A stretch of 64,000 bases of DNA from Puccinia triticina (lineage: Eukaryota). Below, one piece after another: positions 12,690 to 21,238 of this stretch. A model generated the notes under the pieces. The model worked only from the letters and a program-made list of their open reading frames with translations, did not search any database and was not told where the DNA came from. The stretch covers positions 2,418,001-2,482,000 of the forward strand of contig CP110440.1 in assembly GCA_026914245.1 (NCBI GenBank), written 5' to 3'. A program made the position numbers and the translations under genes. Numbering within the stretch: the stretch's first letter is position 1; the number at the start of each line of letters is the position of its first letter.

Positions 12690-12980
12690 TACTCCCCAGG
12701 GAGACCCTGTGTAGCCGGGGGGCGGATTTGGCAAATTTCCTACTAAGGCAAACTCCCAAAACCTTATCTATGGTGCTCCAAACAACCCTAAATTTTTTCT
12801 GCTATAGGAATGCACTGTTTAAAACACGGCATTATCCCTCCTCAGGGAGACCCTGTGTAGCCGGGGGGGGGGGGGGGGCGGATTTGGCGGATTTCCTACT
12901 AAGGTAAACCCCCAAAACCTTATCTGAGGTGCTCCAAACGGCCCCAAATTTTTTCTGCAATAAGAATACACTCTCTAGAA
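12690..12980. repeat. Two tandem ~150-bp repeats
   Basis: CAGGGAGACCCTGTGTAGCCGGGGG..GCGGATTTGGC..TTCCTACTAAGG..CCCAAAACCTTATCT..GGTGCTCCAAAC occurs twice. Confidence 0.8.
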
Positions 12981-13251
12981 GACATTGTAAGCTCCAAGGA
13001 GATATTACACATCAGGAACACCTTCTATTGACCGTGGTGTAGTGTAGCGCAGCGCAAATGCGCTATTTTTTAGTGTAGAGTTGGCGCAATCGCGCGCATC
13101 CGCACTAAAGCTACACGCACAGGGTGCAAAGCTATTTTAGATTTTAGTGTAGTTTCAGTGCAGATACGCGCAAAATTGATCCTGAAAATCCAGATGTTCA
13201 ATTCCAAGATATCCTGCCCCAATTCCCCATGAAAGGAAAGCTCAAATTGCT

Positions 13252-13716
13252 CAAGGCTAAGCTCCGGTATCAACTGAAAGTAGCATCCCCGCCCACTGCG
13301 CTACCACTTTTTGGGTCTGGCAAGAAGCGGTTACCCACTATTTTCAGTGGTAGCGCAGCGGAACCATTGCTGCGCTACCACTTTTTGAGCTGGCCGCGTA
13401 GCACTCCCCCTGTGCCAGCCAAAAAGTGCAGCGCAGTGCAAGGTGCAGCTTTTTTGGTGTCCACTGTGCAGCACTGAAAGGAGCGGCACCGCCTGCTGTG
13501 CTACCACTTTTTGGGTTGGGGAAAAAGCAAGCCCCGCTATTTGCAGCGGGACTGGCGCTGTGCTACCACTTTTTGGGTTGGGGAAAAAGCAAGCCCCGCT
13601 ATTTGCAGCGGGACTGGCGCTGTGCTACCGCTTTTTGGGCTGACTGCGCAGCGGTTCCCTGCTGCGCTGCGCTAAAATACCGCTTTTTTGTAGCGCAGAA
13701 CAGCGTTTCAGCCTTG
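13252..13716. repeat. Repetitive MITE-like segment with a 62-bp internal tandem duplication
   Basis: Ends CAAGGCT.. and ..AGCCTTG. GCTGTGCTACCACTTTTTGGGTTGGGGAAAAAGCAAGCCCCGC is repeated. No matching TSD found. Confidence 0.5.
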
Positions 13717-15142
13717 AGGGCATCATCTCCTTCATTTCTGGCTCCTTGCTCTTCAGTGCATCCTCATCTTGCCCCTCACCATCTCCTGCAAATGGAAAGA
13801 CGCAAGAAGAGGATGCACTAGAGCATGTGGAGGAGGATGGTGCCGTGGCAGCTGTAAAAATTTACAAATGGATGGTTCATAGTTGCTTATAACTATTGAT
13901 GCAACTGATTGATCAATCTGACTCCATTTCATCTCATCATCTGTTGCTTGCTCTATTTCATTAATATCCTTGACTTATCTTTCTATGAATTCATAACTGC
14001 CTGTTATAACCATTTATCTGCTCTCATCTGTATTTTTGAAACAATGACTTGCAAATACCTGATTGATTGGACAACAAGATACAACATATTAGTCAAACTT
14101 GATCAGAAAACATGTGAAGCTTTTTGAAATGACTGAAGGGGAAAAGGGGGACAAGGTTTAGAGGTAGCACCAGTTGTGAGGTGTCAGGGTGGTGAAGTGG
14201 AGTGACTTGTAATGGTATATACATATGGGTACCAAGGAGTCTATCAGGGAAATCAGCAAGGTGAAAGGGTGCTGGAGCGAGGTGCTAGGTATGTAGTGTA
14301 AGGGTAGCGAGGGAGGTGTAACGGTGCGAGCGAGGTGGGTGCGAGCAAGGTGGGTGCGAGCAAGGTGGGTGCGAGCAAGGTGGGTGCGAGCGAGGTGGTG
14401 CGAGGGAAGGGTAGCGAGTTGTAAGGGTAGCGAGTTGTAAGGCTGGCAAGGTGTAAGGCTGGCGAGGTGTAAGGCTGGCGAGGTGTAAGGCTGGCGAGGT
14501 GTAAGGCTGGCGAGATGTAAGGCTGGCGAGGTGTAAGGCTAGCCAGATGTAGGGTTACTGATTTTTAAGGGTGGCGAGGGGCGAGGTGTAAGGGTTGTAA
14601 GGGTGGAGAGGTGTAGGAGTTCTGACTTTGTGGCTCAAGGCCGACCTGAAAGTCGGCCGGAAGTTCTGGATGCTCCAGAAGTTTGGGAAGTTTTCAAAAT
14701 GCGGCAAAGTGTAGTCGGGCAGGCTACAAGGCTATGAAAATGGGCCTGCGGCGGAGCAAAGCTACACGCGGCTAAATGACAAAGAAGAGGTGTCTGGATT
14801 TCCAACGACAGGGGATGGATGCGGGAAACAGACATACAAGAGAGGCCCTTTTATAAGGGCCGACAATGGAAAAGAGAACCAAACAACAAGAAGAAAACGA
14901 TGAATGATAATTCAACGGTACAGACAATATGGGCGTGTACAGGTCACGCCTTGTCTGAGAAAAGAAAGAAGAAACAAAACCAACAACCCCTTGCGTGCAG
15001 TACGCAGGGGCTTCGGCACCTCTAACTCCTGGCTCGTGCGGAGCCGGAGCCGGAGCCGGAAAAACCTAACACGCGTACAGCGCGCCCCTAGTATGGGCGC
15101 CTGTCGCGTAGCCAATTGTAGCACGGCTACAACCGCCCCCCC

Positions 15143-18100
15143 CTAGACAGGGGCTGCCCCAGCACCTTCCGGGAGCAGCTGGCCGTCAAAACGGACGCGT
15201 ATCTTCCGCGCCGGCTGAGCCGGGGTAGCCGGAGAATCAGTAACCGACGGGGCCGGAGGCCTTCCGGCGCCTTTAACCTTTTTAGCCTTTACCGGCTTAG
15301 ATAACTTTGCCACCGAAGTGGTCTTCTTAAGCAGGGCCTTGGCCACGCGGGCCTCAGCCTGCCGCTCCCGCTGAGCAATTGCGGGGGGCGTCGCCCACAT
15401 CCCATTGACCACCAAAGATCGTAGGGACACCGGCTTCAAGCTATTTCCGTTCACGGGCCTCGAGTATTCGTCGCCATTTTGGTCGTTAAGAATATAAGCA
15501 TTATTCGGCAAAATTGCCTTGATCTCGAAGGGGCCGAACCAACGTGGGCTGCCCTTCGTGTGCTCCTCGTTGCGAAGTTTAACAGATTGGCCCACAACAA
15601 GGGCGTCTACATCGCGAGCAAACCTAGTTTTATTATCGAAAGCGGCTTTATTGGCCTCGGCGCGAATGGCAGTATTACCTGCTGCCGCCAACCTGAGCTT
15701 ATTAAGCTCCTCAATCCTGGCAGCTAATTCATGCTCGCCAGGACAGGCCTCATTTGCGGCGACCATGCGTCGCTTATCACCCAACAGCCGTGGTTTTACA
15801 CCATAAACAAGCTCGAAGGGCGAGAACTTACTACTATCACTTGCGTGAATCCTAGTAGAGAATAGAGCAGCGGGGAGAAAATCCTCCCACCGTTTGGGGT
15901 CCCCAGTTGTATTCAGGCGGAAAAGAGCCTTCTCCAGGATACCATTAAACCGTTCACATTTCCCGTTGGTACGGGGGTGATAACCAGAAGTATTAAGCTT
16001 CTTAACTCCTGCCTTGGCCAAAAAGCTGGCAAACCCGGCAGACAAAAAGTTAGACCCGCGGTCCGTGAGGAATTCGCGAGGTAACCCAAAAGGGGTGATC
16101 ACATGATCAAACACGGCTTCTGCGATAGCATCTGCCGTAGCGTTTTTTAGAGGGATGGCTATTGGCCAGGATGTACAATGGTCGACAATAGTCAAGATCC
16201 AATTGTATCCCGCCTTATAACTCTCCGGCATCTTAATGAAGTCGGAGGACCACCGCTCAAACGGCATCACCGCAGGCAAAGGGACCTGAAGTCCTGTTTC
16301 CTGCGACGCGTGCGCACGCTCATGCACTTGGCACGGCGCACAAGTGGCAATATAACTTTTAACATCCTCGTACCGTCTGGGCCACCAACCTCGGCCACGC
16401 AGCACCTGTAGTGTGCAGTCACGGCCACGGTGACCTAAATCATCATGAACCGCTCGAAGTAGATCGAACCGGTGTGCTAGCGGGATAAACGGTGAGCGTT
16501 CGAGCAGTCCGGGACGCCCCAGATAGATCAGGGTCTCGTCGTCCGAGTCATATTCAAAGGACTTCAAATTCTGCTTCGCTCTCATTACGAGCCCCTCGGG
16601 GACCCAAGCTGGAATCTCCCTTTTATCAATCAAGTAAGGGATTATCAAAGGCCAATCGGTCTCATCAAGGACGTCGCCAATATCATCCACGAGTGATAAA
16701 TCACTCCGTCGGGACAGCGCGTCAGGAACAATGTTGTCAGCGCCTTTCTTATAACGGATTTCAATGTCCATTTCGGCGAACTCCTCCAGCCAGCGGCAGA
16801 GCCGCTTGGACGGGAGCTTCTGGCATTTCAAATAAACCAGGGACGCATGATCTGTATACACGATGGTTGTGACAACAGCGCCATCTAAATAAACATGCCA
16901 TTTCCGCCAAGCGTGGATAATGGCCAACAACTCCCGCTCTTGTGCCGGGTAGTTAATCTGGGCTTTGTTGAGCTTGCAGCTCTCGAAAGCAGCCGGGTGC
17001 AGACGCTCATCGTCGCCATATTGCAACAGTACCGCGCCGACAGCAAAGTCTGACGCGTCAGTCTCCATAATGAAGGCCTTAGCTGTATCCGGGGTAAGGA
17101 GGATTGGTGTAGACACCAGAGCCTCTTTAAGAAAAACAAACGCCGCGTCATGGACGGGCAACCACAAGATCTTTTCGCGTTTCTTTACGCCTCCAGCCGT
17201 CAGGCCATGAAGAGGGGTAGCAATTTTCGCGAAGTTTTTAACATAACGGCGGTAAAACCCGCACAATCCTAAGAAAGCCCGGACGTCATAGACAGTCGTG
17301 GGGCGCGGCCAAGATTGAATACATTCAATCTTTTCTTTCATCGGACGGATCGTGTTAAATCCAACAACGTGGCCTACATACTGCATTTCACGCAAGCCAA
17401 AGGAGCATTTAGCTCCAGAACACTTCAACTCTTCGTCTCGAAGGACTTGGAGAACCGTGCGCACATGCTCGAGGTGCTCGACCTCGGACCTAGAGTACAC
17501 CAGGATGTCATCCAAGTATACTTGGACGAACACATCGATGAATTCCCTCAAGATGTGGGTCATCATACGCTGGAAAGTACTGGGCGCATTAACCAAACCA
17601 AAGGGCATTACGAGCCACTCGAAGTGACCGTATTTAGTCCCGAACGCAGTTTTGGGTACATCATCAGGGGCTATCCTCATCTGATGGAATCCTTGCTGCA
17701 AATCAATCTTGGAAAAGAACCTCGCGCCGCGAAGCGCATCAAAACACTCTTGAATTACCGGCAGCGGGTGCCTGTCTTTCTTCGTGACAGCATTCACCTG
17801 CCGGTAATCAACACACAACCTTACCTTCCCGGAGGAAGGATTTTTAACAAACACAATCGGTGAAGACCACGCCGACGTAGATGGCCGGATAAATCCGGCA
17901 TCTTGAAGGCCATTAAGTCTCTCTTTCAGAGTACCCAGCAGAGCTGGCGACAGTTGTCGGACCGGCTGATAAATAGGCGCGGCCGTACCAGTATCAACAA
18001 GATGCTCGATCACGCGTTTGCGTGTCGAGGCTTTAACAATGGGGGAAAAAAGGTCCGAGAACTCGGCTATTAGCGCACGAAGCTCTTCACCTAACTTCTC

Positions 18101-18970
18101 TTTCCCAAACACAGTGGGTAGGTCGGCCGAGCGTTCTTCGCGCGGGCCTTCCACGCCCTCCGATTCCGTGAGCGCAAGCAGCTTTTCTGCTGCACCTTCC
18201 CAGATGCCACGGCGCCTAAAAAATTTAGGTAACAAAACTTCATCCTCGTCCGTCAGCGGCGCGAGGACTGTCTCCTGAATCAAGGAGATAGCGGGCAAGG
18301 AAGGCTGAAAAACGACAACATTACCGCCTGGCCCCTTAAGACGCCACGAGTTGTGCTCCCAATCCGTTGACGAAACGTGCGTTGCGATCCAATCACGACC
18401 AAGTATCACGTCGTAACTAGCTAACGGCGCGATCCTGCAAACACAAACGAAGTCCACCTCAGAAAAGGAGAAATGGACGTTAGCAAGCCGGTTATCTTTA
18501 ATTTTATCACCAAAAGCGCCGGCGACGCAGAATGAAGATGGTGAATGAAAGATGGGAAGAGAATGAGAAGATACAAATGAAGAAGACACGTAGGACGATC
18601 CTGCGCCCGTGTCGAGAAGAACTCTGGCCAAGCGTCCTTCAACCTCGTGTAGGAAATCTACACGAATCGTGTTCGACTCAGCAGCCGCGGATGCGGCAGC
18701 CAGCGGAACAGAACTTAAACTATCATATACGACATCAGCGGCGTCCTCAGACGGCTCTACTGAGGCGGCTGTCCCCACGCCTGGGGCATCAGCTGAACTC
18801 AACGATGCATCAAACTCAGGGGCGGGTCTTCCACCCTGAGGCTCAATAGGAACTGTGACAAGAGATTGATTTCGAGATATAGGAGAAGGGGGGGAGGCGG
18901 TCACAGTAACTACAACGGATGTCGACGGGAGAGACGGTTCCACGTCGACTAAGCTTTTTTCTTCCCCTTG
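15143..18970 (-). CDS. pol: Gypsy Pol (protease-RT-RNase H-integrase), probably expressed by -1 frameshift from gag
   Basis: Motifs LLDTGA, WSSPIVFV, RLCVDYR, MPFGLVNAPSTFQ, YLDD, ETDASD, H-x4-H..C-x2-C, TDRGSNF, GKCERFN and WFGPF. No in-frame ATG near the start. The frame is -1 relative to gag. Confidence 0.96.
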   Translation of the reverse strand, partial: QGEEKSLVDVEPSLPSTSVVVTVTASPPSPISRNQSLVTVPIEPQGGRPAPEFDASLSSADAPGVGTAASVEPSEDAADVVYDSLSSVPLAAASAAAESNTIRVDFLHEVEGRLARVLLDTGAGSSYVSSSFVSSHSLPIFHSPSSFCVAGAFGDKIKDNRLANVHFSFSEVDFVCVCRIAPLASYDVILGRDWIATHVSSTDWEHNSWRLKGPGGNVVVFQPSLPAISLIQETVLAPLTDEDEVLLPKFFRRRGIWEGAAEKLLALTESEGVEGPREERSADLPTVFGKEKLGEELRALIAEFSDLFSPIVKASTRKRVIEHLVDTGTAAPIYQPVRQLSPALLGTLKERLNGLQDAGFIRPSTSAWSSPIVFVKNPSSGKVRLCVDYRQVNAVTKKDRHPLPVIQECFDALRGARFFSKIDLQQGFHQMRIAPDDVPKTAFGTKYGHFEWLVMPFGLVNAPSTFQRMMTHILREFIDVFVQVYLDDILVYSRSEVEHLEHVRTVLQVLRDEELKCSGAKCSFGLREMQYVGHVVGFNTIRPMKEKIECIQSWPRPTTVYDVRAFLGLCGFYRRYVKNFAKIATPLHGLTAGGVKKREKILWLPVHDAAFVFLKEALVSTPILLTPDTAKAFIMETDASDFAVGAVLLQYGDDERLHPAAFESCKLNKAQINYPAQERELLAIIHAWRKWHVYLDGAVVTTIVYTDHASLVYLKCQKLPSKRLCRWLEEFAEMDIEIRYKKGADNIVPDALSRRSDLSLVDDIGDVLDETDWPLIIPYLIDKREIPAWVPEGLVMRAKQNLKSFEYDSDDETLIYLGRPGLLERSPFIPLAHRFDLLRAVHDDLGHRGRDCTLQVLRGRGWWPRRYEDVKSYIATCAPCQVHERAHASQETGLQVPLPAVMPFERWSSDFIKMPESYKAGYNWILTIVDHCTSWPIAIPLKNATADAIAEAVFDHVITPFGLPREFLTDRGSNFLSAGFASFLAKAGVKKLNTSGYHPRTNGKCERFNGILEKALFRLNTTGDPKRWEDFLPAALFSTRIHASDSSKFSPFELVYGVKPRLLGDKRRMVAANEACPGEHELAARIEELNKLRLAAAGNTAIRAEANKAAFDNKTRFARDVDALVVGQSVKLRNEEHTKGSPRWFGPFEIKAILPNNAYILNDQNGDEYSRPVNGNSLKPVSLRSLVVNGMWATPPAIAQRERQAEARVAKALLKKTTSVAKLSKPVKAKKVKGAGRPPAPSVTDSPATPAQPARKIRVRFDGQLLPEGAGAAPV

Positions 18971-20079
18971 TCAGTAGGGGGGTGGGCGGCCTCGTACGCC
19001 GCTTGGCGCTCCGTCTTGGGCTCTTTGCAGTCCGCAAGAAGGTGATCCTTCGACCAACAGTTGTAGCAATACAACTTTTTCTTGCCAGCCTTGTCGCCGC
19101 CACCTTTGGTTCGACGCTTGCCGGAACCGGAACCAGAACTTGCCGTCGAAGTCGAAGCTAAGGCGGCGTCGCCACGGTACGCACTATCGTACTCCATGGC
19201 CGTAACAACAACTTGATCCAAGTCCAACGGGGTACGTTGGACCTGGCAGCGGGTGATCTCTTCGAAAACCCGTTTCGCGAGCCCCTTCGTCAGACAATTG
19301 ACGAAGGAAGTGATCGCATCGAAAGGATACCCGTGCGATTTCGCGCGGGACATCCAAGCACGATACCTAGCGTAGAACGCTTGGAGGGTCTCGTTGGGGC
19401 CCTGCTTCAACGCGCCGAGCTCCCTAGCTAGTGCCGCCGGACTGGTACCTAGCGGGCTTAAACGAACCAACCAGTGCTTGAATTCGTCCCAATTCTTGGG
19501 GCGAGTTCCGGCGAGGGCGGCGTCGCAGTAATCATCTGAAGCCTTACCGCCCAAACGGAGGCCGCCGACCTTGTGCCAGATGGCGGGGTGGGCGCTGCGA
19601 TCGTTGAGGTGTACCGCCAACCTGCTAAGCCAGGTCACGGCATCATCGCCCGGTTGCCCCTTGAACTTCGGGTGCTCTTCGGGCCAGTACTTGAGGACTT
19701 TCAACGGGTCCTCCTCGTACACGGTCTTCAACGGCTCCGCGTCGACCGGCGGGGCTGGACCAAAACGATTGGAATCCGTCGGTTCCTTCTTCACAGGTCC
19801 GTCGAGATTCATCTGCCCAACAATATGGGTCAACATCTTAACAACGTCACTACTATTCGTCGTAGTGTGACTTACAGCATCATTGTCGTATCCGATGAGA
19901 TCCTCCTGGCATTGAGGGAGGTCTCGGTGGTTATCGTACCACAGACGCTCGGCTGGGTTCATCGCCTCGACCTCGCGTTTCGAGTATCGGACGCCATCCT
20001 GCGGGGGTTGAGGGACAACCTCGCCGCCAACGGTAGGAAGAGGTTGCTTCCCACTTGGGGGACTATGACCAACGGGCAT
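18949..20079 (-). CDS. gag: Gypsy Gag with a CCHC zinc knuckle (376 aa)
   Basis: Retrotransposon gag-like LKQGPNETLQAFYARY and the knuckle CYNCWSKDHLLADC. Confidence 0.93.
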   Translation of the reverse strand: MPVGHSPPSGKQPLPTVGGEVVPQPPQDGVRYSKREVEAMNPAERLWYDNHRDLPQCQEDLIGYDNDAVSHTTTNSSDVVKMLTHIVGQMNLDGPVKKEPTDSNRFGPAPPVDAEPLKTVYEEDPLKVLKYWPEEHPKFKGQPGDDAVTWLSRLAVHLNDRSAHPAIWHKVGGLRLGGKASDDYCDAALAGTRPKNWDEFKHWLVRLSPLGTSPAALARELGALKQGPNETLQAFYARYRAWMSRAKSHGYPFDAITSFVNCLTKGLAKRVFEEITRCQVQRTPLDLDQVVVTAMEYDSAYRGDAALASTSTASSGSGSGKRRTKGGGDKAGKKKLYCYNCWSKDHLLADCKEPKTERQAAYEAAHPPTDKGKKKA

Positions 20080-21238
20080 CTAATCACGGACAGAAACAAA
20101 AAACAAAAGGATAATTTCGACACGTCAGTGACTGTGAAGAAAAAACACCAGACGAATGCGCGCGCAGCACGCCAAGCAGGACCCTGCCCCAGAGGACCAG
20201 TCGACAAGAGACTGGGGACTCCAACTGAGGCAACCGTGACCCAGACCAAACCAAAGAGATGTCTAATCTTACGTTTTTTATTTGCCGAAGCGCGAAGAAA
20301 AAGACTACGATTTTAAAGGGTTGTTTGATTGGTATTATAGGGAAAGCGGTGCCGAAAGTGGAGTCGAAAAAAACGTCGGAACGTAAAAAGGAACTCGCTA
20401 CCACTTGTAGTCGGGCAGGCTACAAGGCTATGAAAATGGGCCTGCGGCGGAGCAAAGCTACACGCGGCTAAATGACAAAGAAGAGGTGTCTGGATTTCCA
20501 ACGACAGGGGATGGATGCGGGAAACAGACATACAAGAGAGGCCCTTTTATAAGGGCCGACAATGGAAAAGAGAACCAAACAACAAGAAGAAAACGATGAA
20601 TGATAATTCAACGGTACAGACAATATGGGCGTGTACAGGTCACGCCTTGTCTGAGAAAAGAAAGAAGAAACAAAACCAACAACCCCTTGCGTGCAGTACG
20701 CAGGGGCTTCGGCACCTCTAACTCCTGGCTCGTGCGGAGCCGGAGCCGGAGCCGGAAAAACCTAACACGCGTACAGCGCGCCCCTAGTATGGGCGCCTGT
20801 CGCGTAGCCAATTGTAGCACGGCTACAAAAGGTAGCTTGGAGGCTGTTTCCCACGCGGGTCTGGGGTATGCTTCATACTAGGTTTATGTCGACTGACCAG
20901 GTGCCCCTCGAGCAAGCTCGTGGCCGAGTGCTCCTGGCCGACGGTCGGCCTGGCGAGCATCTGATCGGATCGTCTGTGGAGGCGGCCGGCGTTCCGAGCG
21001 TGATGAGATGGAAGATTGGCGTGCGTCTGAGACTGATCCGGTCGGATGATCTGTGTGAGTGCGGGGAGCACCCCGGGGGAGCCCGAGGCGGATATTTCAC
21101 AATGGCCTGGGTTCACAGCAAACGGAAAAAAAGAAAAAAGAAAAAGAAGGAACGATGTCAAGGGAAAATTAAATTTAAGAAAAAAAAAAAAAGAAGAAGA
21201 AACACAACGGAGAAACCCACGACGAACCACCAGGGACG

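Larger units (their letters stand above)
14710..20827 (-). mobile_element. Intact, recently inserted Ty3/Gypsy LTR retrotransposon
   Basis: Two 422-bp TG...CA LTRs (14710-15131, 20406-20827) appear identical. 4-bp TSD AAAG. PBS TGGTAGCGAG follows the 5' LTR and PPT GGGGGGGCGGT precedes the 3' LTR (minus strand). gag and pol are open. Confidence 0.98.
8699..20903. mobile_element. Foldback-type DNA transposon with ~510-bp TIRs and an 8-bp TSD (contains the nested Gypsy)
   Basis: Left arm 8699-9207. Right arm 14276-14709 plus 20832-20903, split by the Gypsy. Termini CACCTGGTCAGTCGAC. TSD CCCCTCGA at 8691-8698 and 20904-20911. The arms contain tandem 16-mers (CCTTACACCTCGCCAG) and 15-mers. Confidence 0.9.

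Noticed and set aside
15143..15420. Chromodomain at the integrase C-terminus
   Set aside because: No chromodomain motif (e.g. YLVKWKG) is present. The tail is basic and low-complexity.
15479..20316. Plus-strand ORFs within the Gypsy element
   Set aside because: Antisense shadows of the GC-rich gag/pol with no recognisable motifs.
20868..21238. N-terminal part of the 646-aa ORF
   Set aside because: It starts inside the transposon TIR and reads through the 5' UTR and intron 1. The SAM domain requires ATG 21239 and splicing.
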